This document shows, piece after piece, positions 46,401 through 55,700 of a DNA stretch of 64,000 bases. The notes under the pieces are model-generated. The model saw only the letters and a list, made by a program, of their open reading frames with translations. It was not told the DNA's origin and searched no databases. Origin of the DNA: Candidatus Zipacnadia bacterium (GTDB lineage Bacteria; Armatimonadota; Zipacnadia; JALGUG01); contig JALGUG010000010.1 of the NCBI GenBank assembly GCA_029820995.1, forward strand, positions 9,878 to 73,877, read 5' to 3'. The translations under genes and the position numbers were made by a program. The stretch's first letter is position 1; every line of letters starts with the position of its first letter.

Positions 46401-46821
46401 CTTTGGCCTGATCGGTCTTGCCCTGCTGCGCCCGGAGGCGTCCGTCCAGAGCAGCAAGCGCGTCACTGTCAGGCGCGTTCTTGCGCGCCGCCTTCACCAG
46501 CTCGCGGGCGATGTCGCTCCGGCCCTGCCGAAGCAGGCTCTGCCCCACTTCCGCCACGAGCTCGGCGTAGGCCTCCAAAGCGGCCTTCTGCCCCTCCGGG
46601 TCTGCCCCCGTCCGCTTCAGTTGCCGAACCGTCTCCAGGTGTTTCCCGGCAGCAGAAGCGATCAGATTGGAGCCCACGCCTGCGAGGCCGATTCTCGTCA
46701 GGCTGCGCCCCAGCCGAATCTCCATCGCGGAGACATCAAAGTGCAGTTGCACGCCTACAGCGAGCGCCCACAGGAGCAGCAGGACCAGCGCGGCGAGGAG
46801 GACTATCTTGGGCTTGGCCAT
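43414..46821 (-). CDS. Membrane TPR receptor with two tandem Hanks-type pseudokinase domains
   Basis: TM-TPR-TM-TPR; domain 1 HGDLAPRN/GFG/SDIYAVG; domain 2 RAIKE/HRNLSPRS/GFD/TDVYSLG. Confidence 0.88.
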   Translation of the reverse strand: MAKPKIVLLAALVLLLLWALAVGVQLHFDVSAMEIRLGRSLTRIGLAGVGSNLIASAAGKHLETVRQLKRTGADPEGQKAALEAYAELVAEVGQSLLRQGRSDIARELVKAARKNAPDSDALAALDGRLRAQQGKTDQAKAALQNFLRAHNKQGPLCWYELGLIAAKAEKLDEAEKYWSRSLEQSPDRFETQYALAQLCHAKSGDQARGLKHAAAALQLAETPAQVGSATVLVHALGGEAPPRWIAWSRAALHGYGKLLLFLLVLLAVLFAPSLAELAARPFPVLAAHLVLRMGRTDPKSFRLYERALERSPDNQKLLAGVADAFWRVQPGSERAVDLYQRLWQADRQNISALARLAEGYLSANATSPPALEAYHAWFRQCENAEQVQQMASLLSRYYMQHGEQAPEEAVPVLETALQVEPDNPRLQSFLGRLCHEHGLNKKAVQYLLPLAEAAPDDEETVILLGQSLVTEEQFYLAYRYLRDLPPSDEATSVLYVAGVGCEQEGRLAEATRILQEVALREPGYADVQERLAALSNQPRELQCGDYRLLEPTAEAETYTIHQAQASSGQRALVAVFKPEYSDALRFPKLFAEHVAALSELKHETIAPIAAYGESNETFYIAHLVPAARTVAQLLREREALSLQEAGSLVAETLRGLQAAHEAGFLHGDLAPRNVLLTEDQHVLLFGFGYAAIAEAASGESRAALVGDQYYSPPERVRKEPLTPQSDIYAVGCLLYHLLAGRPPFEGASRLATMMQHVTGEPEPPSHVRKSLYPDADPVALKALAKDPAQRYSSAAEFREAIIEAAGLSRTSPRVVMSTPVEQPPEAESGEPGLWWEHFDQVELVKTGRFARIYRGVDRALSEVRAIKELNLPQVAPGVHPEEAQAGRRNLERLFRNETNLLASLSGTLRRPPAVVKQFQTWPGEGDRTPAYSMELLERTLEQRIALEGALPAAEALRVAAGLAEAVNGLHEMGIVHRNLSPRSVMFARDGSIRLVGFDRTCRLADHDALLAAERAVQRLATSPVQALGDPGFLSPEQCRTEPFGLTTDVYSLGCIVYYLLAGRPPFVADDPIAVMLAHVAEPPPSLADLRARAPAGVDEMLARALAKKPEERFPDAGEFYGVLEKMAERASRISG

Positions 46822-46891
46822 GGGAGTGCACTTGCACGATGCGTCGCCGACGGACCACCCGTACCATGGGCCGTTCTTATCAGATGAGACC

Positions 46892-47341
46892 TCATTTCGG
46901 TGCCGCAGCCACTGTGAAGGTCAGCTTTGAGCCCCCAAACAGCGACCCCTGAGCCCCGATCAGGTCAATCTGGTACGTGCCTGGTGGGAGCGTGTCAGCT
47001 TCCGCTGGCCGCAGGGACACCTGAGCCGTACCATTCCCCGGCTTGAGAGTCTGTGTGATCGAATGGTCCGAGCTGTTGCCGCTCGGGTCAGTGTAAATGA
47101 CCTCGCACCGCACCTCACAGTTTTCCGGCGCAGCGACGTACCGAAACCACAAGATTGCCTCCGTGTCAGTGGGCAGGAAGCTCGTCTTCGTCGGCCCGGG
47201 CTTGCCGGTGGCGTTTACGCTACCCACGATCCGCTTCTCAAGCACCGCGAAGGATCGTTTCCTGCAACCGGCAGTGACACAGACCAGACCGAGCAGGATC
47301 ACCGCCGCAAGCAGTGGTACTGCGCTTCTCAGCCTTCTCAT
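46892..47341 (-). CDS. Putative lipoprotein (Ig-like fold)
   Basis: MRRLRS..LLGLVCVTAG|C lipobox; LPPGTYQIDL. Confidence 0.75.
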   Translation of the reverse strand: MRRLRSAVPLLAAVILLGLVCVTAGCRKRSFAVLEKRIVGSVNATGKPGPTKTSFLPTDTEAILWFRYVAAPENCEVRCEVIYTDPSGNSSDHSITQTLKPGNGTAQVSLRPAEADTLPPGTYQIDLIGAQGSLFGGSKLTFTVAAAPK

Positions 47342-47386
47342 GGGTAGGCACCCCGATCTCGCTGGGCCACGGCAAGAGCCGACCAG

Positions 47387-47395
47387 ATTATACCA
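47387..47395 (-). promoter_or_regulatory. Extended -10 promoter for the lipoprotein-pseudokinase operon
   Basis: TGG-TATAAT on the minus strand, about 45 bp upstream of the start. Confidence 0.6.
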
Positions 47396-47456
47396 CAGAC
47401 CCTCACGCCCAACAACGCGCCGCATGGCCTATATTCACGGACGGTCCTAGCCGGTG

Positions 47457-47485
47457 TTGTGCCCAGGGCTCCAGCGTGCTAAACT
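47457..47485 (+). promoter_or_regulatory. Divergent sigma70 promoter
   Basis: TTGTGC-N17 (ending TGc)-TAAACT. Confidence 0.5.
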
Positions 47486-47539
47486 ACACTTGTTCCCGTC
47501 CGCCTTGGCGACTCCTGAAGGGCCGTTGGAGGTTCGTTA

Positions 47540-48103
47540 ATGTCCTCTCGACCGTCTCGCAGCCGTGCTTTAGTCCTTTGCACCCTCTGCTGGTTGCTTT
47601 ACCCGGTCACCGGCGGCACACAACCGGGACCGCATCCCCCCACTACCCCTCTGAATGGCAGTTTCGAAAATCTAGACCCAACCACGGGTCTACCCGCACA
47701 GTGGACGCCCTGGACCAAACCCGTAACCTGCTCATACAGCCTGGCACGCGCCCACTCCGGCGTCGCCTGCGCGCAAGTCACGGACTTCAATCCTACGCAG
47801 AGCCAAGGCTTACGCTCGGCCCGAATGCCGATCAACAACGGCCGCCGGTATCGAGCTACAGCCTTCGTCTTCGTTGATGATCTCCAGGCCGGCGGGTTCG
47901 CACTGTACCTCGAGTTTTGGGCTGGAAGCCGACGCCTAACGAGCGTCAGCACGTACACCAGCCGGCGCGGTGCCTGGGTGCCCCTCAAGGTGGAAGCCGT
48001 CGCACCGCGTCGGGCCACGGAAGCAACAGTACTCATCTATGGCTCTTCAGCCACTGTGGGCCGAGCCTATTTCGATGACGTGCTACTGGCCGAACTCCCG
48101 TAG
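47540..48103 (+). CDS. Secreted CBM4/9-like carbohydrate-binding domain protein
   Basis: Signal peptide, LNGSFE..P..W, AHSG, W......AP..A..A.V, YFDDV.L. Confidence 0.7.
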   Translation: MSSRPSRSRALVLCTLCWLLYPVTGGTQPGPHPPTTPLNGSFENLDPTTGLPAQWTPWTKPVTCSYSLARAHSGVACAQVTDFNPTQSQGLRSARMPINNGRRYRATAFVFVDDLQAGGFALYLEFWAGSRRLTSVSTYTSRRGAWVPLKVEAVAPRRATEATVLIYGSSATVGRAYFDDVLLAELP

Positions 48104-48181
48104 AAGTTGTTTCACAACCCCGATGGGAGCGCCCTTAGGCGCGATTGTCCTTGGTCCCCGAGGTCATGAAGCCACCCCCAG
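48100..48181. mobile_element. MITE-like element, copy C
   Basis: TAGAAGTTGTTTCACAACC..GGTCATGAAGCCACCCCCAG; overlaps the TAG stop at 48101-48103. Confidence 0.6.
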
Positions 48182-48204
48182 GCCTCAGCTCGCCCAGGGC
48201 GTCA

Positions 48205-50310
48205 TCAGCGAGAACGTCGGCGTCGGCCGGTGCGACCGTAGTCGTAATAGTAGTAGTAATAGTAGTAGTAGTCGCTGCCGGTCAGCCGGAGCTTGTTCAG
48301 AACACCGCCCAGAATAGCACCGCGCGCATTTTCGATCAGGCGCCGCATCTCGCGCCCCGCCTCGCGTGTCACCTTCCCCGCCTCTAAGACAAACACGACC
48401 GTGTCCACTTTCGCCGCCAGGACACAGGCATCGGTGAGCACGATGGCCGGCGGCGAGTCCAGCAGCACGATATCGAAGCTCTCGCCGAGATGGGTCAGGA
48501 GCTGCGCCATTCGCTCCGAGTCCAGCAGCTCGGCCGGATTAGGCGGTAGCGGCCCGCTGGCCAGAAGCTTAAGGCCCGGAATCCCCGTTTCTTGCAGGAC
48601 GTCTGCATAGTCGAAGTCGCCCACAAGGACGTTGGTCAGCCCGCGGGAGGCGTCGAGATCGAAGTACCGGTGCAGCTTGGGCCGCCGCAGGTCCGTATCA
48701 ACCAAGAGCACGCTTTGGCCCGACTGGGCCATGACCACGGCCAAGTTTGCCGTCGTGCAAGTCTTGCCCTCGGCAGCGCCCGCGCTGGTAATCAGCACGC
48801 TGGTGACCGGTGTGTCCACGGTGGCGAAGTTGATGTTCGACCGCAGAGTGCGGTACGCTTCCGCAGGCGGCGACTTGGGCGAGGCCAGTGTGACCAGCTC
48901 ATCGCGGCCGCCCTCAATCAGGGGCACGATGCCCAGGAACGGAATCCCGAGGTCGCGGGTCACGTCCTCGGGCGTCCGCACCGTGTTGTCCATGATCTCC
49001 AGCAGGAAGGCCAGCCCTACTCCGAGCAAGACTCCGATGACCGCCGAAAAGATCAGCGTCCGCAAGAGTTGGGGGCCGACCCGGGTTGCAGTCGTCGCCC
49101 GATCCACCACGCTGGCCAGCCCCTTCTTCATGTGTTCGTCAATCAGGGCATCGCGCTGACTCGTCAGCAACGCCAGGAAGGTCTCCCGAGCCATCCTCGC
49201 CTGGTCTTGCAGCCGCCGGATCCGACGCTGCTTCTCGGGCAGGTCCCGATAATCTTCTCGATACGTGGCGATCACGTGGTTCAGCGCGGTGACACGCGCC
49301 CGCGCCTGCCGGACCGCCACCTGTGCTTGGAGGATCTGCGTCCGTAGTGCGGTGCTGAACGGGTTCCTTTGAGGTGCATCCACGGACACAACCGGTTCCT
49401 CAAAATCGTCAATGCGTTTCTGTAGCGCAGCCACACGCTCCTGCGCCGCCATCACGTCGGGGTGCTCATCGGTGTACTTGGAACGCAATTCGGCGAGCTC
49501 AACCTGCCGAGCCGCAAGTTCGCTGCGCAGCGCGGAAAGCACCGGGTTCATCGAATATGTGGATTCGGTCTCCTCAGTCGGCTCCGCCGCATACAGTCGC
49601 TCCAGCTCCGCCAATTGTGCCTCTGCTTCCTCCGCCGCCGCCTCGGCCGCCCGACGCTCGTTCTCATACTGGGCCAGCAGGTTCGGCGTGCCGCCCCCGT
49701 CTTCTCCGGGCAGCGTCAGCAGCCCGGTCTCTTCCTGGAATTGCGCAATGCGCAATTCAGCTTGTTCATACGCATGCTCTGCGCGCTTCAGCTCACTTTC
49801 GATGTACTCGCGGCCGGCACGGATGCTCGCCCGCCGGGCCTCCTCGTCCAGTTGACAGAAGGCCTCTGCCCCTGCATTCGCGAAGGCAATCGCTTTCCGC
49901 CGCTCGGAGTGTGTGGCGTGAATGCGGATTAGGTCCGGCTCGATCACCTGGGATTTGAGCGAGCCCAGGATCTCAGCCGCCGAAGCGTGAACTCGCTTGG
50001 CCTCACTCGGCTCCTTCTCGAGAAGCTGGGCGGCCCGCTGGGCCACCTCAGAGGTAGTCGCGAGCTTGGCCTGGGTCTCAAGGGAGATCATGTCCGGCAC
50101 AGCAGGGCTCTCGCCGGACACCCAGAAGAAACCCGGCGGGTTGGTCTTTACGCGAATCAGACTACTGGCCGTATAGAGCTGCGGGGCTGACAGGCTATAG
50201 AGGCCGCCTGCGAGGACGGTGCCGATAAACACCAGCGCCGTTAGACCCAGGCGTTTAATTACGATACGCGCGTAGTCGCGTGCTTCAAAGCGCCTCGGGC
50301 TTGTCTCCAT
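48205..50310 (-). CDS. Wzc-like polysaccharide co-polymerase / BY tyrosine autokinase
   Basis: Two TM flanking a coiled coil (KYTDEHPDV), AEAYRTLR, AEGKT Walker A, VDTDLRRP, LDSPP, C-terminal Tyr cluster DYYYYYYYYYDYG. Confidence 0.93.
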   Translation of the reverse strand: METSPRRFEARDYARIVIKRLGLTALVFIGTVLAGGLYSLSAPQLYTASSLIRVKTNPPGFFWVSGESPAVPDMISLETQAKLATTSEVAQRAAQLLEKEPSEAKRVHASAAEILGSLKSQVIEPDLIRIHATHSERRKAIAFANAGAEAFCQLDEEARRASIRAGREYIESELKRAEHAYEQAELRIAQFQEETGLLTLPGEDGGGTPNLLAQYENERRAAEAAAEEAEAQLAELERLYAAEPTEETESTYSMNPVLSALRSELAARQVELAELRSKYTDEHPDVMAAQERVAALQKRIDDFEEPVVSVDAPQRNPFSTALRTQILQAQVAVRQARARVTALNHVIATYREDYRDLPEKQRRIRRLQDQARMARETFLALLTSQRDALIDEHMKKGLASVVDRATTATRVGPQLLRTLIFSAVIGVLLGVGLAFLLEIMDNTVRTPEDVTRDLGIPFLGIVPLIEGGRDELVTLASPKSPPAEAYRTLRSNINFATVDTPVTSVLITSAGAAEGKTCTTANLAVVMAQSGQSVLLVDTDLRRPKLHRYFDLDASRGLTNVLVGDFDYADVLQETGIPGLKLLASGPLPPNPAELLDSERMAQLLTHLGESFDIVLLDSPPAIVLTDACVLAAKVDTVVFVLEAGKVTREAGREMRRLIENARGAILGGVLNKLRLTGSDYYYYYYYYYDYGRTGRRRRSR

Positions 50311-50450
50311 GGCTGTACCTTATCGTTCCTCCGCCGCCCAACCTGTTCGACGCGCGGCACGCGACGGAGGCGTCAGCATGCAACGCGCTGACGAACGCTG
50401 CGATTGCTGTTGCGACGCCCGATGCTTCCCAGTGCTGTTATCCCGAATGC

Positions 50451-50480
50451 AGTATAGCGGCTGGACCCGGAACCTGTCAA
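50451..50480 (-). promoter_or_regulatory. sigma70 promoter of the wzc-like gene
   Basis: TTGACA-N18-TATACT on the minus strand. Confidence 0.7.
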
Positions 50481-50601
50481 GACATCAACTGTCGCCCGGG
50501 GTCGAGGTGCAGACCCCGGGTGACCCAGACGACTGCCCGCTAGCCCGCACCTGCTATCGCTGCTGGAGTGGCGCCAGATTATGATGCGAAGCTCCGCTGA
50601 A

Positions 50602-50682
50602 CTGGAGGCTGTTTCATAACGCCTGTACGAGCCCTTTCAGGGGGATTGTCGTTGATCGTTGAGGTTATGAAACCACCTCTAG
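50602..50682. mobile_element. MITE-like element, copy D
   Basis: CTGGAGGCTGTTTCATAAC..GTTATGAAACCACCTCTAG; overlaps the minus-strand TAG stop at 50679-50681. Confidence 0.7.
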
Positions 50683-51134
50683 AGCGCCGCCCCGCACTCC
50701 TCGTAGTTCGTGGCCGAGATCGCTCGCCACCGGCGTCCCTCCCGCGCGAAAACGACGTCCATCGCCACACCGCGTACCGCCCGCTCGCCCGCGGAGAAGT
50801 CCACTTCCAGGCTAACGTAGGCCCGATCGCCCTCGACCCTGATCTGCATTACTGTGACCGTGAGGTTGAACGGCTCGACGTTTCGGAAGCCGGCGATTGC
50901 CTTCCGGTACAGCTCATGCTTGTCGTTGCCGTACTCGTCGTGGTAGCTCTCCGACACATGCTGCAGGCACCCGCGGACGTTCTTGGCTTCGACGGCTTCC
51001 TCCGCCTCACGCAAGACCTCCCGAATGCGCTCTTCGTCCGTCAGCGATGGCTTGTGGGTCATAAGGTACGAGGCCGCGGCCAGCGCCGCCAGCACAAGAC
51101 CAAGAGCAACGACACGCCAAGCCGATCGTCCCAC
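50679..51134 (-). CDS. Membrane-anchored NTF2/SnoaL-like protein
   Basis: N-terminal TM, DEERIR..L..A..AVE.KN..VSE.Y.D, I.VEGD.A, F.REG.RW.I; strong SD before GTG 51134. Confidence 0.75.
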   Translation of the reverse strand: MGRSAWRVVALGLVLAALAAASYLMTHKPSLTDEERIREVLREAEEAVEAKNVRGCLQHVSESYHDEYGNDKHELYRKAIAGFRNVEPFNLTVTVMQIRVEGDRAYVSLEVDFSAGERAVRGVAMDVVFAREGRRWRAISATNYEECGAAL

Positions 51135-51310
51135 CTCAAACACCTCCCTCCTATAGGACGCCTGACTGCGGTGAGATGTTTCGCCTCGCTGGCCGGCGCC
51201 AACGGTCGCACTGCAGGAGCAGCAGTCACCACTGCGCCGCCACAGATGAGTGCTGCACGCTGTCTTGGGCCAGGGCAGGAATAGCCCCAGTCTGGAGGGA
51301 ACCGACGAAT

Positions 51311-52414
51311 GTGCATCAGGATCAGACACCCCGTCGGTGCGTAAGTAGGCCTCATCCGGAGCTTCGGCACACAGCCGCGCGGGTGGCCGAGGCCGCTGTC
51401 CGGCAGGGACAGCGCTGTCCCTTGTTGATGGTCCTGGGGCCCTCGGACGCCGGAAAGACCACGCTATCATGGTGCCTAGCACGAGCTCTCACCGAACGCC
51501 ACAGACAAACGGCCTTCCTTGACGCCGATCTCGGACAGAGCGATGTCGGACCGCCAACGACCGTCGGCTGGACCTGGTACGTCCCGGACCTGGAGCGAGA
51601 ACGACCGGTTGAAGCCCGGGAGATCTACTTCGTCGGAGCAACCTCTCCTGCAGACTGCATTCTGGGTACTGCCATCGGAACGGCTCGGATGACTCAAGCC
51701 GCTCGGGCAGCAGGGGCCGAGGCCATTGTTATCGACACCTGCGGCCTGGTTAGCGGCCCCGTCGCCCGGGAGCTGAAGCACGCCCTAATTGATCTGCTGC
51801 GCCCATCCTTCGTTGTCGCCATCCAGCGCAAGAGAGAATTGGAGCATATTCTCGCGCCCTGGGAGCGCTGCCGCAGCATCACCCTCGAGCGCTTGCCGAG
51901 CCCCGAACATCTGGCTTCCAAGCCGCGCGGTCTCCGTCGCCGCCGGCGACAGGAGGCCTTCGCTGCGTACTTCCGCGACACCACGACCATGACGCTGGAT
52001 CTTCGGCACGTCGCTTTGCATGGGCTCCTCCCGGGCCTGGGCGAGCCCGTGGACGGGATCACGCGGTCGCTGGCGCAGAATTCGCTCGGCTCGAGGCTGA
52101 TCCACGCCGAGCGCAGCGACGCAGGGGTCCTCCTCGTCACCGAGCGACCCGTATCGTCGGAACGCGTGCGGACGCTGCAGGAACAGCTCCCGGAGGAGGC
52201 GGTAATCGTACGGGCGCAGTCGGAACTGGAGGGGCTGCTGGTCGCTCTCGTTGACCCGGAAGGCCGGCACACCTGCTTGGGGCGTCTCTTGTCCGTCGGG
52301 GTGTCCGCGCACGAGCTTCGCCTGGCAGTGCCCATCGTTCCGACCGAGGTCTGCGGGGTGATCGCAGGCCGCACGTCCGTGGATGCCGAGGGGCGCGAGA
52401 CCGACCAGAGCTGA
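51311..52414 (+). CDS. Clp1/Grc3-family polynucleotide 5'-hydroxyl kinase
   Basis: VLGPSDAGKTT, LDADLGQSDVGPPT, FVGATSP, VIDTCGLV, RRRRR..F..YF; GGAGGG SD. Confidence 0.85.
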   Translation: MHQDQTPRRCVSRPHPELRHTAARVAEAAVRQGQRCPLLMVLGPSDAGKTTLSWCLARALTERHRQTAFLDADLGQSDVGPPTTVGWTWYVPDLERERPVEAREIYFVGATSPADCILGTAIGTARMTQAARAAGAEAIVIDTCGLVSGPVARELKHALIDLLRPSFVVAIQRKRELEHILAPWERCRSITLERLPSPEHLASKPRGLRRRRRQEAFAAYFRDTTTMTLDLRHVALHGLLPGLGEPVDGITRSLAQNSLGSRLIHAERSDAGVLLVTERPVSSERVRTLQEQLPEEAVIVRAQSELEGLLVALVDPEGRHTCLGRLLSVGVSAHELRLAVPIVPTEVCGVIAGRTSVDAEGRETDQS

Positions 52415-52450
52415 TTCGCCTGCTGCAAAACCAGGCCCGGTCCCAGGTCC

Positions 52451-52556
52451 AAAAAAAGACCGTTGCGCGGACGGCGAGCTCCCCGAACGCCTCCAGGCAA
52501 CGGTTGCTCTCCGTAGAGAGCTGTGCTAAGGGGGGACAGCACACTCAATTGATACC
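52451..52556 (-). ncRNA. Candidate small RNA (~105 nt)
   Basis: Upstream TACGAT -10 (TTGTCA 19 bp further up). Hairpin UGUGCU-GUCCCCCCUU-AGCACA, then GCUCUC(UACG)GAGAGC, then terminator ACCGUUGC..GCAACGGU-CUUUUUUU. No minus-strand CDS feeds this terminator. Confidence 0.55.
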
Positions 52557-52764
52557 TCATTCATCGTAAATCCGTCTGTAGTATTTGTGACAACTTTGGT
52601 TGTTTTTTTCGCCATCCAGGGAAAGCTCCGCGTACTTTTTGCGTCATGGACGCTGAGACCAGCACGTTCCTGGCACCGACTGTCCCTAGGGCAGGGCGAC
52701 CGCCCATCCCAGGCGAAACTCGTCGTAAATGTGGCGCCGTCCTCCGCGAAATGGAGAATACCGC

Positions 52765-55700
52765 ATGAGATCACTTGCCCTGTCTGCCTGTTGCCTTGTA
52801 GCCGGCGCTTGGTGCTCGTTCGCTGCCGATACCTCCATCCGGGTCCTGAACCCGCCTGACGAGTTGGTCGAGGGACGGGCATTCAAGCTCGTCCTGAAGT
52901 TCGAGCTCCCGGACAAACTCGGCCGCGTCCGGTTGCACTGCGAGCTGAAGAACCCCAAACACATTGTGCTCAAATCGCAAGCAGTTGTGGTCCAGGGTGC
53001 CGGCACGCGCGAGTTCGAGTTCACTGCGCCGCAGCGGAGCCAGGAAAAGGAGGTCCTCTTCGCCGCATGGTTCGGCGAAGATTGGCGGAAATCCATCGGG
53101 CCCATTGTGCATACCGATACGGTTTCGATCGTTACCCCGGAGGTACTGGCCATGCAGCAGGCTCGGCACAAAGATGCGGAGGCCTGGGCGCAGCAACATG
53201 GCAAAGCCCTGCGTGAGGGCAGCAATGTGGCTCTGCTGGCGGACGATCTCCCCGGAATGGATCAGCGACTGGTCGCCGCGGTGCACGATAAGCTGAAGTC
53301 AGTCGGGCTCAATGTCGTGCCGCTGGACGCTCGGGCTGCTGCTAATGAGTTCATCCTCGACCCCGAACGATTCCAGCTTCTGGTGCTGACCAACTCGGCT
53401 GTTTTTCCCGCCACGGGCGACCGAGCTATCCGGAAGTTCCTCCGAGGCGGCGGTGACATTATCGCTCTGGGCGCGCCTGCCTTCACGACGCCGGTGGCCC
53501 CCATCGGCGACGAGTGGCTGAGCGAAGAGCAAATCCGGGAGCGCCTGGCTCAGGTCAAGCCGGAGCATATCCTAATCGACTTCGAGCAGGGCGGCCTGGA
53601 GGGATGGCATCGTTCCACCAACAGGCCTGAATCGCCCAGCAAGCTCAGCATCGAGCAGCCGGGCGCGGCGGGCTCGGGGCGCTGCCTCCACGCCCATCTG
53701 CCGGATTTCACCGGCTGGGACAACTGGAGCCCGCCGAAGCTCACTCGACCCTTCCCCGCGGACCACTCGCTGACCACCTTCTGGGCCAAGGGCGGACCGG
53801 ATACCACGTCACTCGCCGTCGAGTGGCGCGAACAGGACGGGTCGCGCTGGATCGCGACGGTTCCGCTGAGCACCGAGTGGCGCCACTATGCCGTTGCGCC
53901 GTACGAGTTCCGGTATTGGCACGATAGCCCCACGAAGAACCGAGGAGGAGCCGGAGACGAGTTCCGTCCCGAGCACGCCGCCAGCCTGAGCATCGGCCTG
54001 GCCACGACGCACACGCGCATCCGCACCGGCGAACACGACTTCTGGCTGGACCAGATTGGGACCGCGAGGAACCCCTTTGGCCCACTCCCTCGCCCCGCGG
54101 AGTTCGCGGTGCCGCCGGTCGAGATGCTCACCCCGGGCTACAAGTTCTATCCGGTCACAACTGCCGCCCGTCTTGCGACTAGCGACAAGCAGTGTCTGCT
54201 GGAGAACGCCGTCCTGCCCCTGCCGGACCAGATCGGCTCCGTCCACGCTCGGCCCCAGGCCACGGGATACCACAAAGAGCGCAAGTGGCGATTCATCCCG
54301 CTGCTCGAGGCTTTCGACCGCTCCGGAGAGGTCGTCGGCACGCCGGCCGCGCTCGTGCTGCATCGCACAGGGCGCTACGCGCAGGCGGCAATAGCCTCCT
54401 TCGCCTTTCCGAACCAGGACTTCTATCTCCAGAAGCCGCTTCCTGACCTGATTGCCGCCCTGGCTCGGCGGATGGTGGACGGTGCCTTTCTGTGGGAGGG
54501 CGGCGCCGAATACTACGCCTACTTCCCCGGCGAGCCGGTTCGCCTCGGCGCTCGCGTCGCCGAACTCGGTTCGACGCCTGCAGGCGACCAGCACGTGCGG
54601 TTCACCGTCATGGCCGAAGGCCGGAGCGTGTTCGAGCGATCGCTTCCCGTGCGGGATCATGTGGCCGAATGCGTCTGGCAACCGGGCCGCTTTGACAGCG
54701 ACACCTACCAAGTGACCGTCGAGTATCTCGTCGGCGATTCGCGGCGAGACCTGCTGCGCCATGAGCTGCTCGTTTGGCGACCCAAACAGCACCCCGAGTA
54801 CCTGCAAGTGCGCGACGGCGACTTCTATCTGCACGGACAGAAGTGGTACGCCCACGGCACCAACTACATGCCGTCCAGCGAGATCGGCATCGAAGACGGT
54901 GAGTACTTCGAGTACTGGCTCGACCCTCAGCCCTATGACCCCGTCGTCATCCAGCGCGATCTGCAGCGCGTCAAGGCGATGGGTATGAACATGGTGAGCA
55001 TCTTCTGCTACTACCGATCGTTGCAGAGCCGCAACCTCCTGGATATTCTTACCCGCTGCCGACGCCTGGGCCTGATGGTTAACCTGTCGCTGCGGCCGGG
55101 CACGCCTCTGGACTTCCGCTGGGAAGAGATGAAAGCGCTCATCGAGGCCTATCGCCTGGCCGAGAACGACACCGTTTTCGCCTATGACCTGGCTTGGGAG
55201 CCCCACTGGCGCGGCTACAATCAGCGCAAGCGCTGGGACGGAGCCTGGGAGAAATGGATCATCGAGCGCTATGGGAGCCTGGCGAACGCGGAAGCGGACT
55301 GGAAGATGCCGGCACCGCGGGCCGAGGGGAAGGTCACCGGTCCTTCGGACGAGCAGATCACGAAGGACGGTCCCTGGCGTGTGATGGTCGCCGCCTATCG
55401 GCGCTTCCTGGACGACCTGTTGGACCAAGCCCATGCGCGAGCCAACGGCCTCGTCAAGAGCATTGACCCCCACCATCTGACCAGCTTCCGCATGTCCATC
55501 GCCGGCGACCCGACCGCCAATCCGGTCTCTATGGGCTACGACTTCCGAGGCCTGGCGCGGACCGTGGACATCATGGAGCCGGAGGGCTATGGCCGCATCG
55601 GCGACTGGGAGCGCGTGAAACCGGGGCGGTTTACAGCAGCCTATGCTCATTGCGTCGCACCTGGCCGGCCGGTCCTGTGGGCTGAGTTCGGGTATTCGGT

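Noticed and set aside
48235-48273. (GTA)n microsatellite as a phase-variation switch
   Set aside because: It is an in-frame triplet repeat with synonymous variation, explained by the BY-kinase Tyr cluster.
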